Positions 9,701 through 19,251 of a DNA stretch of 64,000 nucleotides are shown here, one piece after another; position 1 is the first letter of the stretch, and every line of letters starts with the position of its first letter. The stretch lies in the NCBI GenBank assembly GCA_965234725.1, contig CBDDUX010000063.1, positions 15,281-79,280 of the forward strand, given 5' to 3'. A program made the position numbers and the translations under genes. The notes beneath the pieces are model-generated. The model had not been told where the DNA came from and searched no databases. It saw nothing but the letters and a program-made list of their open reading frames with translations. This DNA comes from Thermoplasmatota archaeon (GTDB taxonomy: Archaea > Thermoplasmatota > Penumbrarchaeia > Penumbrarchaeales > Penumbrarchaeaceae).

Positions 9701-11772
9701 CAGTTGATGTCGACAATAATGGGAAGATCAAAGATTCGATCAACAGACTTATCCCTGATTACAATGACCCCCTTGCCCAACCCCTCAGGATCTACATCAC
9801 TTTCAAGGGCAAGTCAGAAGGGTCCGCGGTGATCTCGGACCTTCACCTTGAATACAATGCTCCACCCAAACTGGCCAAACCCCTTCCAACAATTCTCAAG
9901 GTCGATGAGAACAGTGTCAAGAAATTCACCATGGACCTTTCAGAATATTTCAAGGATGATTATGACCCGCCCAATCTCCTCAATTACAGGGTAGAGACCA
10001 CCGGATTGAACAAGGAAAAGGTCAATGCTTATGTTGAGGATGGAACAAATGTCACCCTTGATTCCCGTATCGATGACGATTTCGACAGGGACACGAAAAT
10101 GAGGATCATAGTAACGGACAACGGTGGACCTGGTGGAGCCTCCTCCAGGGATTATATCTCAAAGGAGATCACGATCGATGTCATTCCGGTGGATGATCAC
10201 CCAGTAAGAGGGAATCAGACACTTCCATCAAGGTTGATAAGCTATGAGGGTGAAGAGGATGTCATGGTCCTTGACCTGAACACCCTTAACCTTTTCGAGG
10301 ACCCTGACGATCCCCTGGGAACCGGGCTGCAATACTACTTAGTGGTGGACCCGGGTGATCAGGACCCCAGGGACCTCAGTAATGTTACAGTGAACCTGAG
10401 GAGTGGAAAGATCTTTGTCACCAGTAGTGGTGACTGGACCGGAATGAACATTCCCATAAGGGTTTGGTGCTATGACAACAATCTCATACAACCTGATTTC
10501 GACCCTTACCATGATACTTTGTTGGATATAATCAACATCAACGATCCTCCCACATGGAAGGTCCTACCAGACCTATCATTGAACGAAGATGAAAGTGAGG
10601 ATGGTGCTTTCGACCTGACCCCGTTCGTTATGGATATCGATAGTGATCCAAGCAGGGACCTGGTATTCAAAATACTCTCTCAAACCAATTCCACCTATTA
10701 CCAGATCTCTCTGGACCCGTTGGATTCATCCAGGGTGAACCTTCATTCCAGGATCCCGAACTGGAATGGATGGGTAACTGCCACCATCGAGGTTTCTGAT
10801 GGCGAATATACTGCCATTACAACACTTCGGTTGGAGGTAACTCCACTAAATGATCTACCGATCCTGACGATCACCTATCCCATGGAGGATGCCTCCCTGG
10901 AAGAAGGACCGATATCGATCCAAGGCGATGCCTATGATGTGGAGGGTATAGACAGGGTGGAGGTCACATATTATGGGAAGACGACAATCCTGAAGGGGAA
11001 ACGGTCCTGGGGAGAGACCCTTGAACTTCCCGAAGACGTAGATATCACCGAGATAACCTACGATATTCCCATCGTGGTTACCCTCTATGATCTCAATAAT
11101 GCAAACGTAACCCAGACCGTTCATATTACCATGCTTCCTGCTTTGGACCAGGAGGATACTGATCCCGACAGGGATGGTTATCCGAATTCCAGGGACGACT
11201 TCCCATATGATCCATCGGAATGGAAAGACTCTGACAGGGATGGACTTGGAGACAACTCAGATGCATTCCCCATGAACCAGGAATGGCAGTATGACACAGA
11301 TAAGGATGGTATCGCTGACAAGGCCGACGATTGGCCGTTCGACCCGGCCAACGATCCAACCGATCATAAACCAAAGACACAGAAGACTGAGGAGACAAAC
11401 TGGACCGTCCCCATATTGTTCTTCATCCTTGCAATCGTTATTGCAGTACTTGCGATCCTTTCACTCATTGCCTTCATGGGAAAGAGGGCCGCATCCAAGG
11501 ACCCAAAGAAAGCAGTTGAGTTCTATAAGAAGCAGGAGAAGAGAAGGGATCTGGTCCGGAAGTATTCCGGAAGAGATAAGCTGGAAGAGGTCCTTACAAA
11601 GACCCATTTCAATACTGAAGATAGCTTTGGAAGACCAACGGCATCCCCCTCTCCAATGCCTCTTCCCCAGTCAGGTAGAATGAACCTGCCTCCACCCAAT
11701 ATGATGCAGCCATCGAGGGCTCAACTCCCACCACCTGGAAGCAGACTCCCACCCCCACCTCAAAGAAGGTAA
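6709..11772 (+). CDS. Giant FG-GAP/VCBS-repeat surface protein with cadherin-like and TSP3 repeats, TM anchor, Pro-rich tail (paralog A)
   Basis: ATG 6709 with GGAGGT at 6697-6702; many DxDxDGxxD repeats; DSDRDG repeats; C-terminal TM and PPP-rich tail. Confidence 0.85.
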   Translation: MPYKTQIASLALVMMMTAFGLILPSSNGEDIDYFMNDSMITEDTVVLKGDGSEIYDSHMFFQIERNVPISSAGMKISSQNTEDGPWIKEPSIDIGADSNLDWSFAGTGYGDFGRNYAFSDDSVLKTNTYTGAQNQMLGSIILPAEADVISGEMSIKGRFDAKISNMKTVANAGQINYAPQWVEIGDLDGDDLNDALVSTGANGDLYTYIQEISGQYIKTKLTNPSTYNDYVIYDVNKDGANDIVFSTSNGIYWVANSGSGSFSSTSSQMTSSFTPNFLGLVDVDGDGEDEIVGALSSWSWPTTKVVISYLKRASGSTFNLWPLFNTGSGSGSVTLLNIKFGDWNNDDYMDVFAAYSDRNVYVFENPAYSGYYSDISNITFKSKWAATKVFQSAYSIQGWDVGDVDNDGNADIAIAPASGYNTDIHYYNNKGTGTWTRYDIVSYSISYPKDVTIVDLNGDGNLDIFFAAGNYYYYNNIGWCKNGGNPNKSNWNSYTLMSGHDDSGSAAFTGDVDSDGYIDTGYFFTSNRQIIVWKNSNPHDGSNIEAGFIEDGGLAQVSDLVRVDMDLDGDDDFLITAFRSGTVGWYENDGTPFADDWPFYRINGVIVAGAKEVAYGDIDNDGDLDVAVTAYSMGRIMWFENPGNPKSTWKYHYVGSMTYALGCGLGDMDEDGNLDIIVSAGYYYADGIRMYSASDPYGSWSSYSVASSVSYCGAINITDMNRDGHLDVLVTVNGYSGQANIYRNPLPGKNPKSGQWPSIAAVSGLQYPYEVLPVDINDDGNLDVVVSSNYGGIKWGQCPSNANSTGGWSSYTMDSSISYPWGLDVADVDNDGYDDVFVTCHYWWATGTYSYARGVYWLEETDDPYSPWMKRTIDTTMRETYGISVCDMDEDGSLEIYALSMFDDDFKYNQPTLNYPSNIRVDLASDNIVDFQTTGHLRGDLEIDIGTQIQNIIDTKPSSVRQFKDSYGNPMMEMDINLYSASLGRLTGYGFDIRYNLTVDVDNNGKIKDSINRLIPDYNDPLAQPLRIYITFKGKSEGSAVISDLHLEYNAPPKLAKPLPTILKVDENSVKKFTMDLSEYFKDDYDPPNLLNYRVETTGLNKEKVNAYVEDGTNVTLDSRIDDDFDRDTKMRIIVTDNGGPGGASSRDYISKEITIDVIPVDDHPVRGNQTLPSRLISYEGEEDVMVLDLNTLNLFEDPDDPLGTGLQYYLVVDPGDQDPRDLSNVTVNLRSGKIFVTSSGDWTGMNIPIRVWCYDNNLIQPDFDPYHDTLLDIININDPPTWKVLPDLSLNEDESEDGAFDLTPFVMDIDSDPSRDLVFKILSQTNSTYYQISLDPLDSSRVNLHSRIPNWNGWVTATIEVSDGEYTAITTLRLEVTPLNDLPILTITYPMEDASLEEGPISIQGDAYDVEGIDRVEVTYYGKTTILKGKRSWGETLELPEDVDITEITYDIPIVVTLYDLNNANVTQTVHITMLPALDQEDTDPDRDGYPNSRDDFPYDPSEWKDSDRDGLGDNSDAFPMNQEWQYDTDKDGIADKADDWPFDPANDPTDHKPKTQKTEETNWTVPILFFILAIVIAVLAILSLIAFMGKRAASKDPKKAVEFYKKQEKRRDLVRKYSGRDKLEEVLTKTHFNTEDSFGRPTASPSPMPLPQSGRMNLPPPNMMQPSRAQLPPPGSRLPPPPQRR

Positions 11773-11789
11773 ATACCTGTTTACCCTCG

Positions 11790-11842
11790 ATCGGGTGTTG
11801 GACAATCACCAACACCCGATTCTATTTCTTATTTTATTTTTC
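11790..11842 (+). terminator. Hairpin plus T-rich tract terminator
   Basis: 12-bp stem ATCGGGTGTTGG (11790-11801)/CCAACACCCGAT (11809-11820) just after the stop, followed by a T-rich run. Confidence 0.7.
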
Positions 11843-12238
11843 GAACATATCACCTTTTTTGTATGAAAAATCATGATAGCAGGTTGTAATCCTTTTTCAT
11901 ACACCCGCAAAGCAGTGTCTCTAATTGACGATCTGTTTTGCTGGGTTTCGAAGTCACATAACTTATTTGATTGACGAGAGTGACTTACGAAAAAACCCGC
12001 TTAACATTTTCATCCTATGTTGTGAGCCTTTGGCTCATGAGGGTTTTTTTATTGAATATTACCTTAATAATTACCTATATCCAAGGTATCTCTCCATCTG
12101 GACATTGTTATCTGTACCCAAAAGCCTTAAAAGAATGGAAAAGTTGTCCCCATAGAACTTTTATATATTTTTTATCCATCTTGGTAACAATTGCGGGTTT
12201 CAGAACTTGCCAGTGTCCATTAGAACGGATGTGATGAT

Positions 12239-15200
12239 TTGCGAATGAGTAAAACTATACCGATCGCCTTGATCCTGCTATTGATGACCTTCCTGCCACT
12301 GATCGATCTTGAGATCTCAGGCGAGCAGACATCGGAGTTCTATGATAACAGTAATAATCCCCTGGCTGGAGGGCCTGTTGAATTTCCAGGAGGAGAGGGC
12401 CTCGATGTAGAATACTATTTCAAAGTAGGAAGGAACGTCCCGATCTCAGAAGCATATCTCAATATCTCTACCTATAACTCCCACCTCGGCATGGCCCCCC
12501 TTGAGCCTTACGTGGATGTGGGAGTGGATTCCAATCTGGAATGGGAGTTCAAGGGAACCGGTTACGGCAAATTCGGACAGCTGGATTCATTCTCAGATGA
12601 TAGATCACAGGTTTCCATATCTTACGGGTCAAATGGTGGATCGGATTCCTCCACCCATGTATTGATCCCAAGGGATTCAGAGGTCATCGATGGCAGTATC
12701 GATGTCAGAGGAAGGTTCCAGGACCCATCCAATATACCAATTTCCACATATACGATCGAAAAAGACCCTTCCTCTTTATCCATGGACGGCTTCGCAATGG
12801 AAAAAGGCGACATCGATGGAGATGGTGATATCGATGTTGTCGTAGCTGATACCAGGAATTCCAGGATCGTCTGGATCGAGAACCCAGGAGACAATGATGG
12901 TGATTGGAACCTGAATGTGATATATTCCGGTTCTGACACCACCAACTGCTATTCCATTGATGTTGGTGATATCGATGATGACGGGGACCTTGACGTTGCA
13001 GCCACTTCCTACTCAAGGGGGTATGTCATGTGGTTCAGGAACGACAATGACGGGTCTACATGGACGAGGTATCGGTTCAGGACAGGATTTACTTATGCTG
13101 GCAGGGTCCGTTTAGCGGATATGGACCAGGACGGGGATCAAGATATCGTGGTAGCCTCCTGGTACAATTATCTCTATTACAGGGATCCATTCCTCTACTG
13201 GTTCGAGGCTCCTGAGAATCCTAGTACAACATCAGGATGGACCGCTCATACCATTTCCGCCTCTCCCTATTATTATATGTACACCTATTCTAGTATGGAT
13301 ATTGGATATCTAAACGACGACGATTATCCTGACATAGTGCTCTCGACATATCCAAGATACTCATACTACGGCAACAACTTTCTCCATACCTATATCAATC
13401 CCACAACCACAAGTGGAACATGGAAAAAGACGATCATCGACTCCAACGCCCAGCAGATCTATTCCGTTGATATTGCAGACATCGATGAGGATGGTGACGA
13501 TGATATTGTGGCTGCTTGCTATGGTGGTAATTCAATAAAATTGTACGATAATGTCAACAACGCAAGCTCATGGACTGAGAATACTCTTGTGTCCTTCACC
13601 AGACCTACATATGTTCTGGTAGAGGACATGAACGATGATGGTAAGCTTGATATACTAGCTGGAGGGGGGTCCGGAGTCTATGATCTTGCTGTCCTTCATC
13701 AGGGAACTTCATCCACAAGTTTCACAAAATATTCCATAACCACCAGCCTGATAGATCCAAGAGCCTTCACCCCTTTCGATATGGATGATGATGGCGACCT
13801 GGATATGATGGCTGCCGGAAGATCAGGCTCTCAACTGGTCCTAATAAATACTACCGACAAATCAACTCCAAGCCACGAGATAATCTGGCTGGCCGATGGC
13901 GGAGTGAAGGACATCAGGGGAATGGATTATCTTGACATGGATGGCGACGGAGATCTGGATGTGTTATTCTGCGGTTATGGTACCGGTTATGTTGGTTGGC
14001 TGGAAAATGACGGGACACCATTCAGCGGGGCCGGAGCGATCCATAAGATAGGAAGTATAGGCAACCCCATAGAGACCATGGCAGCCGATGCAGATGGGGA
14101 TGATGATATGGATGTTTTCGTCCTTAGCTCCGGTGGAGTGGTCCTCTGGTTTGAGAATACAGGGGCAATATACTCTACATGGCCCAGTTCAATAATAGGT
14201 ACGGGGATCCCTAGCGCATATTCAATGTATGCCGGTGATTTCACCGGAGATGGCAAAGCTGATGTCGTTACAAGTTCTGCGACAGGATACAGCAACGGGC
14301 AGATCAGACTTTATAAGAGCCCTTCCGATCCGAAAACGACATGGCCCCGGAATTACATTGCAAGTTCCCTTTCATATCTCAAACGGATCTGGGCAGATGA
14401 TATGGACCTCGATGGTGACCTGGATGTACTTGCTGTCATGGGAGCTTACGGTTCCGGGACTGTTGTCTATTACAAGAATCTGGTGGAGATCAAGGACCCG
14501 ATGAGCGGAACCTGGGGTGCTATTCAAGTTGGAGGAGGGCTTTACTATCCTGAAGATGTGAAGACCATAGATATCACTGATGATGGCTACCCGGATGTAG
14601 TAGTTACAGGATCATATTATTATTCAAAGGTCATGTGGTTCCAGAACCCGCTGGGAAAACAGGTATCCTCTTGGACCTCCTACGTCCTATATTCTAGTGC
14701 TTACACATGGAGAATAGGTGTCGGTGATATCGGGAATGATGGATATGCGGATATCATTTTCAATATAGGTTCTACTTCCTCTCCAAGTTCAATATACTGG
14801 TTGGAAGAAGGAGTGGATTACAGACAGAATTGGAATCTCAGGGCTTTGGGCGGATATTCAGGGACTTGGGCACTTGGAATAGTTGACCTTGAAGGAGATG
14901 AAGTACCGGAAATACTGTCAACCTCCAGGTCCCTTGATGAGATCAGGGCCTACAGATTGAACGCAGTCTTCCCTAGCGGTATCGGACTGGATGTGGGATC
15001 CGATTCATCTGTATCCGATTGGGAGAATTCTGGCTCACTGAAAGGGGCCAAAACCGTGAATATCAAGGATTATCTCCAATCCACTGTTGATAGTGAACCT
15101 AACTCCGTATCTATCAAAAAAGATACATGGGGGACCAATATGCTGGACATCCCCATTGAACTATCTTCCACATCCTCTGGCAGGGTCCAGATGGAGGATA

Positions 15201-17320
15201 TCCATATCAGATACAATGCCACTGTCAGGATAGATCAGGATGGTCAGAGGAATCCACTTAAGGATGCGATCAACCGCCTGATACCAGATTATGTAGATGA
15301 TGAGGATACAAAATTGAGAATTTATGTGGGTGTAGGGGCCAGATCGGAGGGCATGGCATATATTAGCGACCTTCATGTGGAATACAACGCCATCCCCAAA
15401 CCGGCCAAGCCAATGGAGGAGCTAAGACTCAAAGAAGATGAGAAGAAGAAATTTGATTTCGACCTCAGGGATTACTTCAAGGACGATTATACCGCACCTC
15501 AGGACCTGGAGGTAGATATCAAACTTACCGGGTCAAAGGCTGATATGGTGGATGTGGAGATAGTGAATGGTAAACTGTCCATTGATGCCAGCATCTCCCC
15601 GAATTTCTACACCAGGATGTCGGAACCATACGATATCTATGCCATATTTTCGGTTACAGATGACGGTGGACCGAACGATGTTCCCTCAAGGACATATGTT
15701 ACGAAACCCTTCCCCATAATCGTAGAGCCTGTCAACGATGATCCTGTTGCCACAGGTCAGAAACTACCAGATCTTTACGCCTGGGAGGGTGAGACCACGA
15801 TCGTCGTTGATCTGGCAGACTACGAGCTGTTCATGGATGTCGATAATGATCCGATCCTCTACGATATTTTCATACCTCCCCCAGAGGAGATCCCCGGATA
15901 CAATGAAACAGCTGATCTTGATGTCAAACTCAGGGGTACTGAAATTGAGGTGTACCTGAATGAACTTTCTGATTGGACTGGAATAATCCCACTCAAGATC
16001 TACGGAACAGACGACCACCAGTTCAACATCTATCAGACACCAAATGTCAAAACGAATATAATCATCAACAACACAAATGACCCACCCCATTGGACAGAGA
16101 TCCCCTCTATAACATTGGAGGAGGACAGGCCAATGAATAGGATCATGGAGCTCACCCAGTATATCTGGGATATAGATTCAGGTCCATCTGACCTTCTGGT
16201 TACCATCGATGATTATACTCAAAAATCATTTGTAACCTTTACACTGGAGCACCTGATGAGCGGTCAAACCTACATCAACTTCAAGCCAAGGGTCCAGAAC
16301 TGGTACGGATCATCCACAATTACGGTGAGTGTCAGTGATGGTGACTTCATAGATGCGATCTCCTTTGACGCAACAATTATGCCCGTGAACGACCCTCCAT
16401 CTATCACAATACTCGAACCATCAGAGAATCAGAGAGTAGAACCTGGTCCCTTCTCCATAGTAGGGGAAACTAAGGATGTAGAGGGAATTAAATGGGTGGA
16501 GATCCTCTTCGAGGACGAATGGGTCAAGGCTATTGGAAAAACCTCATGGGGTCTGACCCTGATGGCTCCTCAATACAATCAGATGAAAGAGGGCATCCCC
16601 ATTCAGGTGAGGGTCTTTGACGGTGAGGATTACGCCTATGGATATGTGAACATCACCATCCTGAAATACATACCCACAGAGTTGTTCGATACTGACAATG
16701 ATGGATATGATGACATCCTTGATGATTTCCCGTTCGATCCCTCTGAATGGAAAGATAGTGACAGGGATGGAATAGGTGACAATTCCGATCCTTTCCCCGA
16801 AAATCCTGCATGGAAAACCGATTCAGACAAGGATGGTTTTGCAGATGCAGCGGATACAAATATCTTCGATCCAGAACTCTGGAATGACAACGATGGGGAT
16901 GGAAGGAACGACCAGGACGGACCCATAAAGAACAGGAACGCTAGTCCGAAAGAAGAGGATGCCACCTGGTTCTGGCCGATATTCCTGTTCGTACTCGCGA
17001 TCTTGTTCGCCATTCTATCGATCCTTTCCCTTGTTGCATTCATGATCAAGAGATCGGCCTCCAAGGATCCGAAGAAGATGGCAAGGTTCTACAAGTTCGA
17101 ACAGAAATGGAGAGATGCCCAGAACGTCCTGATCGAGAAGGGACCTTTCGCTAATATGAGTGGAAAGGTTTCTGATACCGTGTCGCAAACAGGCCCAACA
17201 CCATCTCCAACACTTTCCGGACCTTCTCCTGTAAGGTCTCCATCACAGGTCGGATCCGGAATATCCAGGCCCGGTCTTCCTCCGGGTAACATGAGACCTC
17301 CGATCAACAATAGACCTTGA
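12239..17320 (+). CDS. Giant FG-GAP/VCBS-repeat surface protein (paralog B)
   Basis: Same domain order as paralog A; shared motifs (GTGYGxFG, WxENDGTPF, YFKDDY, DPSEWKDSDRDG, ASKDPKK). Confidence 0.85.
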   Translation: MRMSKTIPIALILLLMTFLPLIDLEISGEQTSEFYDNSNNPLAGGPVEFPGGEGLDVEYYFKVGRNVPISEAYLNISTYNSHLGMAPLEPYVDVGVDSNLEWEFKGTGYGKFGQLDSFSDDRSQVSISYGSNGGSDSSTHVLIPRDSEVIDGSIDVRGRFQDPSNIPISTYTIEKDPSSLSMDGFAMEKGDIDGDGDIDVVVADTRNSRIVWIENPGDNDGDWNLNVIYSGSDTTNCYSIDVGDIDDDGDLDVAATSYSRGYVMWFRNDNDGSTWTRYRFRTGFTYAGRVRLADMDQDGDQDIVVASWYNYLYYRDPFLYWFEAPENPSTTSGWTAHTISASPYYYMYTYSSMDIGYLNDDDYPDIVLSTYPRYSYYGNNFLHTYINPTTTSGTWKKTIIDSNAQQIYSVDIADIDEDGDDDIVAACYGGNSIKLYDNVNNASSWTENTLVSFTRPTYVLVEDMNDDGKLDILAGGGSGVYDLAVLHQGTSSTSFTKYSITTSLIDPRAFTPFDMDDDGDLDMMAAGRSGSQLVLINTTDKSTPSHEIIWLADGGVKDIRGMDYLDMDGDGDLDVLFCGYGTGYVGWLENDGTPFSGAGAIHKIGSIGNPIETMAADADGDDDMDVFVLSSGGVVLWFENTGAIYSTWPSSIIGTGIPSAYSMYAGDFTGDGKADVVTSSATGYSNGQIRLYKSPSDPKTTWPRNYIASSLSYLKRIWADDMDLDGDLDVLAVMGAYGSGTVVYYKNLVEIKDPMSGTWGAIQVGGGLYYPEDVKTIDITDDGYPDVVVTGSYYYSKVMWFQNPLGKQVSSWTSYVLYSSAYTWRIGVGDIGNDGYADIIFNIGSTSSPSSIYWLEEGVDYRQNWNLRALGGYSGTWALGIVDLEGDEVPEILSTSRSLDEIRAYRLNAVFPSGIGLDVGSDSSVSDWENSGSLKGAKTVNIKDYLQSTVDSEPNSVSIKKDTWGTNMLDIPIELSSTSSGRVQMEDIHIRYNATVRIDQDGQRNPLKDAINRLIPDYVDDEDTKLRIYVGVGARSEGMAYISDLHVEYNAIPKPAKPMEELRLKEDEKKKFDFDLRDYFKDDYTAPQDLEVDIKLTGSKADMVDVEIVNGKLSIDASISPNFYTRMSEPYDIYAIFSVTDDGGPNDVPSRTYVTKPFPIIVEPVNDDPVATGQKLPDLYAWEGETTIVVDLADYELFMDVDNDPILYDIFIPPPEEIPGYNETADLDVKLRGTEIEVYLNELSDWTGIIPLKIYGTDDHQFNIYQTPNVKTNIIINNTNDPPHWTEIPSITLEEDRPMNRIMELTQYIWDIDSGPSDLLVTIDDYTQKSFVTFTLEHLMSGQTYINFKPRVQNWYGSSTITVSVSDGDFIDAISFDATIMPVNDPPSITILEPSENQRVEPGPFSIVGETKDVEGIKWVEILFEDEWVKAIGKTSWGLTLMAPQYNQMKEGIPIQVRVFDGEDYAYGYVNITILKYIPTELFDTDNDGYDDILDDFPFDPSEWKDSDRDGIGDNSDPFPENPAWKTDSDKDGFADAADTNIFDPELWNDNDGDGRNDQDGPIKNRNASPKEEDATWFWPIFLFVLAILFAILSILSLVAFMIKRSASKDPKKMARFYKFEQKWRDAQNVLIEKGPFANMSGKVSDTVSQTGPTPSPTLSGPSPVRSPSQVGSGISRPGLPPGNMRPPINNRP

Positions 17321-17417
17321 GAGGTCCATTTCGAGAAGCATCAAAATCCTAAATAGGAGAAAGGGTCTTACCAGATTCACCGTGGGTTGTCCGCCACGCC
17401 TGGGGGTGTCTGTTCTG

Positions 17418-17942
17418 TTGCTCGATGAACTTGTGGAATGTGGAGCTTTGAGATTCGGGGATTTTACCCTTACATCAGGAAAGAAGAGCAGATATTATGT
17501 TGATATAAAGAAAGCCTCATCCAGACCAGAAGTTCTCAGCAAGATAACAGAGGGCTTCCACGGATTCCATATCGAATGTGACCGTGTTGCAGGTGTTGAA
17601 CTGGGAGCAGTCCCTTTGATCGTTGCCTTCTCTTTGAAAACAGGTGTTCCCTTTGTAATAGTACGGAAAACCGGAAGGGAGCATGGTACAAAAAGGAGTC
17701 TGGAAGGAGAGATCAAGAAAGGGGATAGGGTCTTGCTTCTCGAGGATGTGGTCACAAGCGGTGGTTCTGTTGTTCAGGCCATCGATAGAATAGAGGAGGA
17801 GGGAGGACAGGTCGTATCCGTTATAACTGTTGTTGACAGAGAGGAAGGAGGAACTGAAAAGGTTGCGTTGAGAGCTCCTTTCAACGCCCTGGTCAAAGCT
17901 AGAGACCTCCTTGCTGAAGCAGATAAACTAGAGGTTGGTTAA
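17418..17942 (+). CDS. pyrE: Orotate phosphoribosyltransferase (start codon uncertain)
   Basis: FGDFTLTSGKKSRYYVD; LLEDVVTSGGS PRPP-binding motif. Confidence 0.93.
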   Translation: MLDELVECGALRFGDFTLTSGKKSRYYVDIKKASSRPEVLSKITEGFHGFHIECDRVAGVELGAVPLIVAFSLKTGVPFVIVRKTGREHGTKRSLEGEIKKGDRVLLLEDVVTSGGSVVQAIDRIEEEGGQVVSVITVVDREEGGTEKVALRAPFNALVKARDLLAEADKLEVG

Positions 17943-17960
17943 CCTCTGGAAGGGGATCAT

Positions 17961-19244
17961 ATGAAGGTTCTGATAATAGGAGGGGGCGGAAGAGAACATG
18001 CATTGGCCTGGAAGATCAGAAAATCCAGATGGGTCAACAAGGTCTATTGCGCCCCGGGAAATGCAGGGATCTCAAAGGTAGCCAGGTGCAAGGACATTGC
18101 TGCTACGGATATTGAGGGGCTACTTGCCTTTGCAAAGGAAGAGAACATCGACCTAATCATCGTCGGACCTGAACAACCCCTATCGATGGGTATAGTTGAC
18201 CGATTCCAGGAGGAAGGGCTGAAGATCTTCGGCCCCACCAAGGCAGCTGCACAATTGGAATCCTCCAAGACATTTGCAAAAGAGCTAATGGAAAAATATG
18301 GTGTACCAACTGCCATGTCCAGGACATTTAATGACCTTGACCTGGCCAGGAGATATATCAAAGATACTGGGGGCCCCCTTGTTGTCAAGGTTGACGGATT
18401 GGCAGCAGGTAAGGGAGCCTTTCCATGTGATGATGAACTCGAGGCCCTGGATGTCATCGATGAGATAGAGAAAGGTCTTTTCGAGAAGACCGGGTCGAAG
18501 GTCTTGATAGAGGAATATCTCTATGGTGAGGAAGCATCCATCCTAGCATTCTCTGACGGAAAGCATATTATCCCCCTTGAATCCGCTCAGGACCATAAAA
18601 GGGCTTTCGACAATGATGAAGGACCCAACACGGGTGGAATGGGTGCTTATTCTCCCGCTCCAGTTGTCACAGAGGACATCGCATCAAGGGTCTATGATGA
18701 GATCCTTGTCCCAGTTGTGAAAGGTATGGCCTCGGAGGGTACTCCTTACAAGGGCATCCTCTATGCAGGCCTGATGATCACCGAGGATGGGCCTAAGGTC
18801 ATAGAGTTCAACTGCCGATTCGGCGACCCGGAGGCACAGGCGGTAATTCCCCGCATGGCCACGGACCTGATCAAACCGATCATGGCTTGTTGTGATGGAA
18901 CACTTGACAAGGTCAAGTTCCGCTGGTCAAAGAACAAATGCGTATGTGTTGTCCTTGCATCGGGTGGTTATCCAGGAATCTACAGCAAGGGTTTTACAAT
19001 AAAAGGTCTTGAAAAATTGGACGTGATGGAGAATATTATTGCTTTCCATGCAGGCACAGGTTTCGATGGAGAGCTTAATACCATTACAAGTGGTGGCAGG
19101 GTCCTTGGTGTATGTGGTTTGGGTCCCACGATCAAGGATACCATCAATATCACTTACAAAGCTGTGAAGAAGGTAGAGTTCGAAAACTGCTTCTTCAGGA
19201 AGGATATTGGCAAGAAAGCCACATACCATCTTGATGGAATGTAG
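17961..19244 (+). CDS. purD: Phosphoribosylamine-glycine ligase
   Basis: GGGGREHAL, QDHKR, GPNTGGMGAYSP, EFNCRFGDPE. Confidence 0.97.
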   Translation: MKVLIIGGGGREHALAWKIRKSRWVNKVYCAPGNAGISKVARCKDIAATDIEGLLAFAKEENIDLIIVGPEQPLSMGIVDRFQEEGLKIFGPTKAAAQLESSKTFAKELMEKYGVPTAMSRTFNDLDLARRYIKDTGGPLVVKVDGLAAGKGAFPCDDELEALDVIDEIEKGLFEKTGSKVLIEEYLYGEEASILAFSDGKHIIPLESAQDHKRAFDNDEGPNTGGMGAYSPAPVVTEDIASRVYDEILVPVVKGMASEGTPYKGILYAGLMITEDGPKVIEFNCRFGDPEAQAVIPRMATDLIKPIMACCDGTLDKVKFRWSKNKCVCVVLASGGYPGIYSKGFTIKGLEKLDVMENIIAFHAGTGFDGELNTITSGGRVLGVCGLGPTIKDTINITYKAVKKVEFENCFFRKDIGKKATYHLDGM

Positions 19245-19251
19245 ACCTTAC

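Noticed and set aside
6709..17320. DGR template/variable repeat pair
   Set aside because: Paralog similarity is protein-level with no adenine-specific near-identical segment seen; no reverse transcriptase.
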